A stretch of 16,717 nucleotides of DNA, taken from Chlamydiia bacterium (lineage in GTDB: Bacteria > Chlamydiota > Chlamydiia > Chlamydiales > JBMOFD01). Positions 1 to 9,252 of the stretch are shown one piece after another; the stretch's first letter is position 1, and every line of letters begins with the position of its first letter. Made by a program: the position numbers and the translations under genes. The stretch covers positions 1-16,717 of the forward strand of contig JBMOFD010000039.1 of NCBI GenBank assembly GCA_049314435.1. The letters run 5' to 3'. The notes beneath the pieces were generated by a model that ran no database searches, was not told the origin of the DNA, and was given only the letters and a program-made list of their open reading frames with translations.

Positions 1-16
1 ATTTCCTTTCCGCCCC

Positions 17-45
17 TTGAACGCTATTAGCCCTCTCAATATGCT
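17..45 (+). promoter_or_regulatory. putative sigma70/sigma66-type promoter for ORF 96..632
   Basis: TTGAAC (17-22), 17-nt spacer, TATGCT (40-45), about 50 nt upstream of the ATG. Confidence 0.4.
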
Positions 46-95
46 AAGCGGCTTCTTTTCGACATCCAACGACTAGAGCTGATTACACGAGAGAG

Positions 96-632
96 ATGAT
101 GGGACGAGATGCCTTTGCCAAGACCTGGACAAACCAAAGTTCATTGGGTGAGAAGTTCGGCCTGACGGCCATTCAGGTTGGAAAGATCCTTCAGCTGGAG
201 GGATTGAAAGATCGGTCCGGGCAAGCTACCTCCAAAGCCATTCAAGAGGGATATGCGAAGTCCACCCCATTGAAAAGTGGGCGACCATTTTTTATGTGGC
301 ATGTGACGAAAGTGCAGCAGGTGCTCGCTAAACACCATGTTCAGCTGTCTGACGAGGAGTTTTGGTATAGAGAGGTTAGGGCGCGTCTGGTGAATATTGA
401 CCGCGAGATGGATGAAGGGAGCGATAAGTTTGCCTATATGCTTTTGGATTACCTCTATGATGACGTTCCAAAATCTCTAATTGTAGCCATTTGGGATCGA
501 CTAGTATCTGAGTCGCCCGAACTGATACAGGGTCGAGGCTTCCCTTGCCGGCGTCTGACAGGAGAAGTCGGTCGATTGGCCAGCCCTCTTTGTCCGGCTA
601 GCTCACCAGCAAAGGTCGTCGATTTGGATTAG
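96..632 (+). CDS. hypothetical protein, N-terminal domain resembling winged-helix / antirepressor KilAC-like DNA-binding domain
   Basis: 178-aa ORF with upstream promoter; pattern LGEKFGLTAIQVGKILQLEGL...TSKAIQEGYA...FMW recalls ANT/KilAC-type domains; last 35 bp overlap hicB antisense. Confidence 0.6.
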   Translation: MMGRDAFAKTWTNQSSLGEKFGLTAIQVGKILQLEGLKDRSGQATSKAIQEGYAKSTPLKSGRPFFMWHVTKVQQVLAKHHVQLSDEEFWYREVRARLVNIDREMDEGSDKFAYMLLDYLYDDVPKSLIVAIWDRLVSESPELIQGRGFPCRRLTGEVGRLASPLCPASSPAKVVDLD

Positions 633-1032
633 CAGCGCGTAGAAGCTCAGCGTACTTCTCGATACTTGGCCTGGCCTGTGCTCTCTCATAGCGTGAATAG
701 GCGTTGGGAGACTTCGAATTCAGTCTGGCTGACACGTCACGAATGCTAGAACCGCTTAGCAGGCGTTGCCTCTTTAATCCAAGAGCAAATAGAAGTTTGT
801 CATCAGTAGCGCCCATGCCAAGGATGCCATCCTCGTAGAGATTCACAGATATTGAAAAACTCTTATCCAGCAGCTCTTCGTAAGAGTCTCGCAAAAGCTC
901 TAGCACGGCATCTTTAACCATCTCGAGGGCTTCCCTTCTGGTTTTTCCCTGGCTCATAACATCCAGGAAAGAAACTTCGGCGAGCCACCATGAACTGTTT
1001 GGATCCTTCCAGACCCTGCCTTCTAGCTCCAT
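598..1032 (-). CDS. hicB: HicB-family antitoxin with C-terminal XRE-type HTH
   Basis: WLAEVSFLDVMSQGKTRREALEMVKDAV is the HicB signature; C-terminal SIRDVSARL...NAYSRYE HTH; GGAGG RBS; 15 bp downstream of hicA. Confidence 0.88.
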   Translation of the reverse strand: MELEGRVWKDPNSSWWLAEVSFLDVMSQGKTRREALEMVKDAVLELLRDSYEELLDKSFSISVNLYEDGILGMGATDDKLLFALGLKRQRLLSGSSIRDVSARLNSKSPNAYSRYERAQARPSIEKYAELLRAANPNRRPLLVS

Positions 1033-1047
1033 CTCTTGTACTCCCTC

Positions 1048-1236
1048 CTATGTCTTCTTTGGCGGATTCTCTCTGGCTCGTCTCAATATCTTCTTGGATA
1101 GCAACTCATTGATTTCCCGGTGTCGGGGCACAACCTCGCTATCGATGCCGTTGGTCCAGACTTCGTGATCACCGCCCTGTCTCTTCAGCCGCCAACCCAA
1201 CCGCCTGAGTTCGCTGTCCAGGTCTCTCTTCTTCAT
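1048..1236 (-). CDS. hicA: HicA-family mRNA interferase toxin
   Basis: 62 aa, basic; LRRLGW..RQGGDHEVW and VPRHREI motifs of HicA; toxin-first order typical of hicAB. Confidence 0.92.
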   Translation of the reverse strand: MKKRDLDSELRRLGWRLKRQGGDHEVWTNGIDSEVVPRHREINELLSKKILRRARENPPKKT

Positions 1237-1497
1237 GGATGTACACGTTTAAGTAGACAGAGTCAACGTTGTAACACGACGGCCACTTTTAGAGCATGGC
1301 CATTCCCCGCAACTTCTAGAATCTCTTTCTTGATCTGAGCTTTGCGATTCGGCAAGATGGTCGGATTACAAAGAATTTAAGGCGTCTTTACGGAAGGGCA
1401 CAGGATCGGAACCGATGTTGGACGGTGCTGTATTTCGGTCTGAAGGTCGCCTGGTGCACACTAATTGTACAGTAAGAAAAACGGTGATTTGGCTTCC

Positions 1498-4400
1498 ATG
1501 GACCTTGCATTTCTAAAGAAAAGAGCAGCTCAAATTGCCGGTCAAGAGGAGACCCCAGTGGAGTCTTCTGGTTATTGGATTGTCCGATGGGACGATCTGT
1601 ACCTCACCAGGGTCATTTGGCGTCGCGAGCAGGGGCGGCCGATGGAGTGCATCGTCTTAAGCACGCACTATGGCGAACGGGGAGATGGCGGAAAGGGCCC
1701 AAGGTCGATCATATGCACCTGTCTATGGTCTCTAGGAGGTAAGACGTCTCAGGGGGCGGCTCCTCTGTCCGAAGGTGAGGCAGATTCCCTACTAAGCCGG
1801 GCTAAGGATCTTCACCGTTTTCTGGACCGGAAAGGACTTTCTTTGGAGCTCGGGTTTGTTGTGCAGGGGAAGGCAAAAGAAATACCCAGCATCGCAATAC
1901 CTGTCCTGCACAGATTGTTTGATAGCTGTGCATCGGGTGAGCTGCGGATACCCCCGCTGTCCAAGGGCTATCGCCTCGAAGAATGGGCCGGTCATGAGCT
2001 CTTTGTGCTGGTGGACCCAGATGCCATGAAGGATTCTCAGGCTGAGAAGATGGTGGAGATCCTGGACTTCTTGGAGGGCTCTCTCAAATTCTCTTCTAAT
2101 TCTGAGGAGAGGAGGATCGTTCTAGATACAGATGACGTCATGCTAGCACGGCGATCAGCAGAAGAGCAGCGAAAAGCAAAGGAGGCTGAAGCGCGTCGTC
2201 TTCAACAGGCTGAGTATGGACTTGTCAATGCCAGGAATGCTCTTCGGCGGGCTGTTAGTCTGGGGATCGGACAAGCGCCACACTCTGATGAGAACTTATG
2301 CCTCGTCATAGGGCCGATCCAATCGGTTTCTTCCAAAATGCATCCCAACGAGTGGAAATGGGGGTTCAAGGTGGGGCAAGTGAGTGGCTCTGGCAATGTA
2401 CAAGTGCTGGGATACCTCACGAGTCTCAGTGCGATGGAGCAGACTCCGTGGGTAGAGTTGTTACGGGACTTGGGTCGACTGGAAGCGTTGCGCAACTCTG
2501 CTCAGAGCTACTATTTTTCTCATGGAAGCCTTCTCCATGATCAGGCCGATGCGGTTCGGTTCCGAGCGGTTCTTGCAGCAGGTCGTCGTGGGCGCCTTTT
2601 TATCTCAACCAAATCCTCTGACAACGGGTACTCCTATGTGATGGACCCTGTCAAAGCGATAGCTCCAGTTCGCTGGTTAGAAGACCGTGCTGTGCAGTGG
2701 CAATGGCATCCCGTAGCGGAGAGCAAGGAGCGTCCAGAGGGATATTCTTGGAGGGCAAGTCGTCCAACGGAACCCGAGGTGCGGTCTTGGTTGACCGATG
2801 GAGCCTCGAGTATTGAGATGCCACCGTTTGGCCAAAAGGATTTTTGGATGCGTCTTGCCGTGTCTCCAAAACAGACTTGCGTGGCTGACAAGGAGGTCTA
2901 TATCCCTAAGGGCGCTGCAAAGCCATTCACAAAGGAAATCCTAGAGGCAGGCCTTCCATGGGATCCAGTTCCTGGGGTCTCGGTACGTGAGACAAGAGAT
3001 CCACCCACGGCTGGGCTGCGCTATGATGCGGAGACTCTCAAAGTCAAAGCCTATTGGGACTATGGGAATGTACAGATGCCTGCCAGCACAGCTCAGGTCA
3101 CCCAATTGAAGCAGGTAGCGGAGACTGACCAGGAACTCATTGTGGTCCATCGACAATTGGACCACGAGACGAAGGTGCTGGAGGAGCTCTCAAGTCAAAC
3201 TGCATTGAGCATTCCCTCGCTGGTGAGAGGAGCCCTGGTGGTGAAGGGCGGTACGTCGACGGCTGCGGAGCGGCGACTCATGCAGTGGGCTCGAGCGGGA
3301 GTGCACATTCAGGGAGTTCCCCAATGGGAGGGCGAACGTGTGAATCTCGATGAAGAAGAACTTGTTGTAGAGTTTTTAGACGAGGGTGGGTGGCTCACCT
3401 TCTCATCGAACATCGATGTGAATGGCAACCGCACTGACCTTGTGCCGATCTTGCAGGGGATTGTTCGACAGGAGGGGGGCTTTGATAAGTTGGTAAGTCG
3501 CTCAGACGATGAGGTGATCGAATGGCTCCTTGATGATGGCAGGATGGCCACGATCTCCCTAAAGAAAATTCGGGAGACCCTGCAATGGATCGAGCAGTTC
3601 TTTGGGATGGATCCACCTCGTTCGCTGAACCCCACCGAGGTGCTTGGTGTTCTGCTTGCGGTGCAGGCTCAAGAGGCTCTTCGTTCTCGCTGGAAAGCGC
3701 CGGACACCCTAGTACGGCAGGTCATGGCCATTCGAGATGAGCCAGAGCCGGACCTTGCCCAGAGTGCGCTTCTCGATCAGCTGCGGCCCTATCAACGAGT
3801 CTCGGTGAAATGGGCATTGAAACTATTCCGGGCGGACATGGGCGGCCTGATTGCAGATGAGATGGGGCTTGGGAAAACGATCCAAAGCATAGCTATCATT
3901 GATGCTCAGTTTGTCGAGCAGAAGGGACATCCTAGCCTTATATTGTGCCCTCTGTCGGTCGTGTGGAACTGGGCCAGTGAGTTTCATCGTTTTGCCCCCC
4001 GCTGCAAGGTGGCTGTGATCGGACGTTGTGAGAAGACAACGCGTGATTGGGATCTGGCTGCCAAGGCGGACGTGATCATTTGCCCTTATAGTCTGGCCTT
4101 TACGGATCAGGATCAGCTTCAAGCAAGGCGGTATCATATCTGTGTCATGGATGAGGCCCATACTCTCCGCAACCCTCGCACGCAGATCTACAAAGTCGTT
4201 GCATCGCTGCAAGCAAGGTATCGTCTGGCATTAACAGGCACACCTCTGCAAAACAATGCACTCGACCTTTGGGCCATTTTCTCTCTCTTGGTGCCGGGTT
4301 TGGTCGGTGATTTGGAATCCTTCCAAAAGGCGTTCAAGCAGGGCGACCCAACCGGGATGCAGAGACGAATGAAGGTCCTGTCGAGAATTACCGCTCCCTT

Positions 4401-5211
4401 CACAATGCGTCGTCGTAAGCAGGATGTAGATCTAGAATTGCCTCCGATCGACATCGTCACTCGTCTAGTGACCTTGGCAGAGGATCAGGCAGACCTCTAC
4501 GAGTCGATGCGATCGGCAGCTCTGGTCGAAGTCGATCAGCTCATTCAGAAGAAGGGAATGGGTAGCTCCAAAATTCAGCTCCTGGCCGCTCTTACCCGCT
4601 TGCGCCAACTATGCTGCGACCCCAAACTGGTAGATGCCAAGAAATTTGGAAAGGTATCTTCCTCCAAGGTTTCAGAAGCTCTTTCTATCATTGAGGAGCT
4701 CAATGCGGAGGGGAGGCGATTTTTGGTCTTCTCAAGCTTTGTGTCTCTCTTGGACATCATGGAGACTGAAATCAAGAAGTTGGGGATTCCAACGCTCATG
4801 TTCACGGGCAAGACCCAAGATCGAGAGTCCCTGATTGGTCGGTTTGAAGGCGGGGAAGCAACCGCCCTTCTGGTGAGTCTAAAAGCCGGTGGGGTCGGAC
4901 TCAACCTCACCTCGGCGGATACGGTGATCCTGCTGGACCCCTGGTGGAATCCTGCCATGGAAGCTCAAGCTATTGGGAGAACTCACCGGCACGGGCAGAG
5001 CAAAAGTGTGACCGTATTTCGGCTCATTGCTCGTGGCACCATCGAGGAGCGTATCCATGCGTTGCAGGCTCGAAAGCAGCTATTGGCCGAGATCGCTCTT
5101 GGAGAAGACGTAGAGAATGCAGGAGGGAGGCGGGAACTGCAGGAATTCAACGAGGAGTTGATTCATGACTTGCTAGCCCCCTCGGAGCGGGAACTTGCAG
5201 TAGGTGGCTAG
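1498..5211 (+). CDS. SNF2-family (SWI2/SNF2) helicase-like ATPase
   Basis: Motifs ADEMGLGKT (I), DEAH (II), LTGTPLQN (III), SLKAGGVGLNLTSADTVILLDPWWNPAMEAQAIGRTHRHGQ (V/VI); long N-terminal extension. Start ATG 1498 or TTG 1465. Confidence 0.93.
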   Translation: MDLAFLKKRAAQIAGQEETPVESSGYWIVRWDDLYLTRVIWRREQGRPMECIVLSTHYGERGDGGKGPRSIICTCLWSLGGKTSQGAAPLSEGEADSLLSRAKDLHRFLDRKGLSLELGFVVQGKAKEIPSIAIPVLHRLFDSCASGELRIPPLSKGYRLEEWAGHELFVLVDPDAMKDSQAEKMVEILDFLEGSLKFSSNSEERRIVLDTDDVMLARRSAEEQRKAKEAEARRLQQAEYGLVNARNALRRAVSLGIGQAPHSDENLCLVIGPIQSVSSKMHPNEWKWGFKVGQVSGSGNVQVLGYLTSLSAMEQTPWVELLRDLGRLEALRNSAQSYYFSHGSLLHDQADAVRFRAVLAAGRRGRLFISTKSSDNGYSYVMDPVKAIAPVRWLEDRAVQWQWHPVAESKERPEGYSWRASRPTEPEVRSWLTDGASSIEMPPFGQKDFWMRLAVSPKQTCVADKEVYIPKGAAKPFTKEILEAGLPWDPVPGVSVRETRDPPTAGLRYDAETLKVKAYWDYGNVQMPASTAQVTQLKQVAETDQELIVVHRQLDHETKVLEELSSQTALSIPSLVRGALVVKGGTSTAAERRLMQWARAGVHIQGVPQWEGERVNLDEEELVVEFLDEGGWLTFSSNIDVNGNRTDLVPILQGIVRQEGGFDKLVSRSDDEVIEWLLDDGRMATISLKKIRETLQWIEQFFGMDPPRSLNPTEVLGVLLAVQAQEALRSRWKAPDTLVRQVMAIRDEPEPDLAQSALLDQLRPYQRVSVKWALKLFRADMGGLIADEMGLGKTIQSIAIIDAQFVEQKGHPSLILCPLSVVWNWASEFHRFAPRCKVAVIGRCEKTTRDWDLAAKADVIICPYSLAFTDQDQLQARRYHICVMDEAHTLRNPRTQIYKVVASLQARYRLALTGTPLQNNALDLWAIFSLLVPGLVGDLESFQKAFKQGDPTGMQRRMKVLSRITAPFTMRRRKQDVDLELPPIDIVTRLVTLAEDQADLYESMRSAALVEVDQLIQKKGMGSSKIQLLAALTRLRQLCCDPKLVDAKKFGKVSSSKVSEALSIIEELNAEGRRFLVFSSFVSLLDIMETEIKKLGIPTLMFTGKTQDRESLIGRFEGGEATALLVSLKAGGVGLNLTSADTVILLDPWWNPAMEAQAIGRTHRHGQSKSVTVFRLIARGTIEERIHALQARKQLLAEIALGEDVENAGGRRELQEFNEELIHDLLAPSERELAVGG

Positions 5212-5268
5212 GCGTTGTAAGGCGTGGCAACACATCGTTCACCACGAGCAGCAGCCTTTCTTGTGGTA

Positions 5269-5298
5269 TTGCCAACTTCTGCTTGGCGGGCATAGACT
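5269..5298 (+). promoter_or_regulatory. putative promoter for SWIM gene
   Basis: TTGCCA (5269-5274), 18-nt spacer, TAGACT (5293-5298). Confidence 0.35.
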
Positions 5299-5334
5299 TT
5301 AGGCCTCTTAGGCGGTCTCAACAGGCTTTTATCT

Positions 5335-7056
5335 ATGGCAACGTGTCCGATCACAGTCAAGACTCTTGAAAGCTTGGCAGGCGGCGCCGCCTTTGAGCGA
5401 GGGCGCGCCTACTACAAGGAGGGTGTTGTTGAGAATGCTCGACCTGAGCCAACGGCCATTGCAGCTACGGTGGTAGGCTCCAGCCGGTACAAGGTCAAGC
5501 TCCTGATGCGCGGGAATGCACTGGAGTCTTCCTGTACGTGTCCTCAGGGAAGGTCAGGATGCTTTTGCAAGCATTGTGTAGCCGTAGGCCTGGCTTGGCT
5601 TGCTGCGCCGGATCTTCCTAAGGACCCTGTGGCTAACGTAGAGAAGCCAACAGGCCCAGATCCTTGGGCCATTCTGAGTGAGTATCTGGCCAAGCAACCT
5701 CAAGAGGTTTTAGCGAAGCTCCTCATGGACATGGCTGTGCGAGACGAGCGCTTCCAGCAGGAGTTGCTTCGCAGGGCCATCAAGTTTGTGCATCCATCGG
5801 ATGAGCGAGCTACCTACCTCAAGGCGATTACCAAGATCACCAAGGTGAATGGGTTTCTTGACTATAAGGGAGTCCGCGCGTTTGCCCCTCGCTTTCAGGA
5901 ACTGCTCGATGAACTGGAGGAGTTACTCACCGTTGAATCGGCCTCGATGCTGATCGACTTGGCAGAGCATGCAACAGAGCGGATTGAGCAGCTCCTTGGA
6001 AAGGCGGATGATTCCAATGGCAGCATCGGAGGGCTCCTTCACGACTGCATCAAACTGCACCTCAGGGCTTGTCAGGTGGTCCGCCCTGAGCCCATTCAGC
6101 TGGCGGAGAAGCTGTTTCGTCGGATTGCAGAAGATCAATGGGGGGTCTTTCTTGAACATTTGAAGAGCTATCAGGGCGTCCTAGGGCCAACGGGCTTGCA
6201 GCGTTGTCAGGAGCTGGCCGATGCGGAGTGGGAGCAGATCACGTCCATCACGACGAAGGGTACACAGGACTCGCGGCGTTGGAATCTCTCACGGTTGGTG
6301 GAGGGCCTGGCGGAAATGACCGGGGATATCGAGAAGCTGGTTGCCATCAAATCACGAGATCTCTCGTCACCATGGAACTATTTCACTATCTCGACTGTCT
6401 ACGCTGAGGCGGGGTATCAAGACAAAGCCTTGGACTGGGCCGAGCGAGGCCTGAGGGCATTTCCTGATCAAGTCGATGATCATCTCAGCAACTTTTTGGT
6501 GGCAGAGTATCTGAAGTGTGGTCGGAGTGAAGAGGCTGTGGAACTGACCTGGGCTCAGTTTAAACACCGGCCGGGACTGATGTCTTACCAAAAACTGCAT
6601 GAGGTGGCTACCGCTGTGGAGAGATGGCCGGAACAACGTGAGCGAGCTCTGCAGTGGATGAGCTCAGAGAAGGCGGCTGCAAAAGTTCAAGGGAGATGGG
6701 CGCCTAGCTCATCTGTACGCATGGAGATCGCACTGTGGGAAGAGGATCTAGACGCCGCCATGGCGGTTGTGCGCGATGGACCTACGCCCCACTCCTCGCT
6801 TTTGATCCGCCTCGCCAAGAAGTTGGAGGCAACTCGTCCTACAGAGGCGATTGAACTCTATCTTCAGGTGGTAGAACCGATCATTGAAACGACGGGCCAA
6901 GCCTCTTATGAAGCCGCGGTGAAACTGATCCGCCAGATCGGAAAGTTGATGAAGGCTCATGAGTTAGCCAAAGAGTTCGAAGTCTACCTGGCGGAGCTCC
7001 GGACAAAGTTCAAAGCCAAGAGGAACTTTATACAGCTGCTCAGCGCGGTGAAGTAG
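5335..7056 (+). CDS. SWIM zinc-finger domain protein with helical/TPR-like C-terminus
   Basis: AFERGRAYY...VVGSSRYKV...CTCPQGRSGCFCKHCVAV is the CxC-x8-CxH SWIM motif; helical repeats (DKALDWAERGL, EAIELYLQVV). Confidence 0.88.
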   Translation: MATCPITVKTLESLAGGAAFERGRAYYKEGVVENARPEPTAIAATVVGSSRYKVKLLMRGNALESSCTCPQGRSGCFCKHCVAVGLAWLAAPDLPKDPVANVEKPTGPDPWAILSEYLAKQPQEVLAKLLMDMAVRDERFQQELLRRAIKFVHPSDERATYLKAITKITKVNGFLDYKGVRAFAPRFQELLDELEELLTVESASMLIDLAEHATERIEQLLGKADDSNGSIGGLLHDCIKLHLRACQVVRPEPIQLAEKLFRRIAEDQWGVFLEHLKSYQGVLGPTGLQRCQELADAEWEQITSITTKGTQDSRRWNLSRLVEGLAEMTGDIEKLVAIKSRDLSSPWNYFTISTVYAEAGYQDKALDWAERGLRAFPDQVDDHLSNFLVAEYLKCGRSEEAVELTWAQFKHRPGLMSYQKLHEVATAVERWPEQRERALQWMSSEKAAAKVQGRWAPSSSVRMEIALWEEDLDAAMAVVRDGPTPHSSLLIRLAKKLEATRPTEAIELYLQVVEPIIETTGQASYEAAVKLIRQIGKLMKAHELAKEFEVYLAELRTKFKAKRNFIQLLSAVK

Positions 7057-7073
7057 ATTGGTGAGAACCCGGC

Positions 7074-7104
7074 TTAGGAGGGCGGTGTCCCGAGCGTGCC
7101 CGCG
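7074..7104 (+). repeat. degenerate third copy of arm-like repeat
   Basis: TTAGGAGGGCGGTGTCCCGAGCGTGCCCGCG resembles repeats at 13071 and 13365. Confidence 0.45.
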
Positions 7105-7948
7105 AAGTCTCCTTGAGAGTCGGACTTCTCTAGGCGACGTTCGAAATGGGCGCACAGATGGTCACGCAGGATCCTCCCGCGAGAACCGCATCTAGTCCAT
7201 GGCTTCGGCAGAGTTTTTGAGACAATGCTTGCTGGATCCCTTACAGAAATGGTCGACCACTCAATCGGTTCTACTCACCAGCTTCCTCGGCTTTTCTTGC
7301 CGTTGTGGGCGAGTTCGTTTGATCGGCTCGTAATATCGTTCTCTATGATCGCGAGGCAGACACTCTTAAGCCTTCTTCAAGAAGGCCTTTAGCTACTCCA
7401 GAAAAGGGTCACGCGGGTTGAATTGGTAGACCCTGGTCTTCCCTTCAGACTGACACACCAGCACTCCACCCTGCTCGAGACGAGCACACGCCCGTTGAAT
7501 GCTATAGAGGGGAATGTCAAAGGCCTGCTGCATTTGAGAGGCATAGCTCTTCTCGTTCACATCCGGTTCAGATAGCTCTTCGAATACAGGGCAGTTTTAA
7601 ATAGCAGGTGCGGTGAGCGCCCCAGGAACGCGTTCGCTGTCTTCTGGGTCCGGTAGAGGCTAGCCTCCATCGTGAACCATTGCGTAACTCATGAGTAACA
7701 TAGTCCGACAGATACAGACCCTTTGATCCGGTCAAAGGATGAGTCGATCTGTACAACAGTAGCTTTATCGATCATTAATAGAATCACCTCAGGCGGCCAC
7801 GTCGAGTATGTAGGAGACCTCTGGCGCTTGTGAGGTTGTTGATCCTTGGTCATTAGAGGGTTGTGAGCGTGCTTGGGCTGCAATATCAGCCAGCTCTATA
7901 CTAGCTTCTTTTCAAGGCCTTAATACAAAAAACATGCGGTGATTGCTA

Positions 7949-8842
7949 ATGTCCAGCTCGGTCTCTATCCCTAATGCCACAGTATTCTCCTACTCCCAGC
8001 CCGTTTTAGACACTTCGATAAAGACACAAGTACTCAAGCAGGGGGCTGACCGGCTGGGCAAAGCGTTGGCGCCATTCTTGCCGGGACTTCAAAATGGTGA
8101 GACAGAGGCGATTTCACGCGCCTCACAAACGGTGGTGGTGGCAATTCGATCGGTGCTCATGGCAAATGATCGATTGATGGTCGATCAGTTAAAGGCCGGT
8201 TATAAGGCGCTTTCTGAGCTCGCGATCAAGGGATTGTTATGCGACCGACACTTTCAAGATGGCGACTCTCGCTTGAGAGACTCCATGGTGAGGGTGGCCG
8301 GTAGGGTAGCTGCAGCTTACGGGAATGAGATCAAAGGGTTGAACCAAGCCGAAGTGCAGCCCGCTAAGTGGAAAGCCGTGGTGGATCAGCTTAGTATGCT
8401 CAAAGTGGTTGTAGAAAGCAGATTGGCGGCAAAGAAAGATCTAAATACTCCGGAGGAAGGGCTGTTGGAGTTGGAGATAGAAGCGGAAACGTTGCCATTC
8501 TATCCAGCCCGAGAGTTTGATGCGTTGGTGAGCACCACTCTGAAGCCTTGCGGAGAAGTTGAGGGGCCTCGGCTAGAGCGCGAGTACCAGAGCGAGCTTA
8601 GAGTTGGGGTGGTGGATCTCATTCAGGGGGATGTGGTTGGGGATGCCTCGCAAACGGAAGTGCGTGGGAGACGGCGGTCCTTGGCAAGAGAGTCTATCCA
8701 CAATGGGCCCCCTGAATTCAAGAACCTGACAGAGGCGTATGTGGATGGCCTTGAGGCGCGTATTCGCGCCTGCGTGGGCCTCTCTTCTGCGGATGGCTCA
8801 ACTACACCACAAGGTAGGGGCAGCTACTGCAGCGTGATGTGA
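7949..8842 (+). CDS. hypothetical protein with C-terminal CaaX motif (CSVM), candidate prenylated effector
   Basis: 297-aa ORF from ATG 7949 (TTG 7943 alternative); Ser-rich N-terminus; ends ...GSYCSVM-stop. Confidence 0.7.
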   Translation: MSSSVSIPNATVFSYSQPVLDTSIKTQVLKQGADRLGKALAPFLPGLQNGETEAISRASQTVVVAIRSVLMANDRLMVDQLKAGYKALSELAIKGLLCDRHFQDGDSRLRDSMVRVAGRVAAAYGNEIKGLNQAEVQPAKWKAVVDQLSMLKVVVESRLAAKKDLNTPEEGLLELEIEAETLPFYPAREFDALVSTTLKPCGEVEGPRLEREYQSELRVGVVDLIQGDVVGDASQTEVRGRRRSLARESIHNGPPEFKNLTEAYVDGLEARIRACVGLSSADGSTTPQGRGSYCSVM

Positions 8843-8923
8843 GTCATTCAAGCGGCTCCTGAGCGGGTTCTAGTCACCCAGCCGGATCGGAGGGATGTCC
8901 TTTCAAGGAGGCTCGTAGGTGAT

Positions 8924-8961
8924 CCGGGCGGGCCCCACCTCTGATTTTGGGTCCCGTCCGG
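8924..8961. terminator. GC-rich stem-loop downstream of CaaX gene, possible terminator
   Basis: CCGGGCGGGCCCCA / TGGGTCCCGTCCGG, 12/14 complementary; no clear U-tract. Confidence 0.25.
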
Positions 8962-8993
8962 GATATAGCGTTACAGACCTAGGTCGGGCAGTA

Positions 8994-9147
8994 CAGGGCG
9001 TTTTGATGGAAAAGATTTGATGGCCCCACAAGCATGCTTGGAGGTATCGACTTAAATTTCAGAAGATCAAAGAATTCATTGATGACTCCTAATGTGCTGA
9101 ACGTCAGCACACTAGGAATGACAAGTATTTTCCATCAGAACGCCCTG
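8994..9147. mobile_element. MITE (non-autonomous IS derivative), 154 bp, CAGGG-ended TIRs
   Basis: TIRs CAGGGCGTTTTGATGGAAAA (8994-9013) and TTTTCCATCAGAACGCCCTG (9128-9147), 19/20; perfect 9-bp flanking direct repeat CGGGCAGTA (8985-8993, 9148-9156). Confidence 0.9.
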
Positions 9148-9252
9148 CGGGCAGTAGACTTCCAATTAAATGGTGTAGTGGGCATGGCGTAGAGTTGTCT
9201 TTATATCCCAAACTGTAATAGTCTTGATGCCAAAAAAAGAACGGTTAATGCT

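Noticed and set aside
1237..1266. hicA promoter TTGACT-17-TACATC on the minus strand
   Set aside because: The -10 box would be only 1 nt from the ATG, too close even for a leaderless transcript; the imperfect palindrome here may still be an operator
7568..7883. Two short minus-strand ORFs (62 and 64 aa)
   Set aside because: No RBS or recognisable domains; likely spurious
9035..9193. About 52-codon ORF crossing the MITE end as a transposase remnant
   Set aside because: No DDE-type motifs; runs through the TIR into flanking DNA
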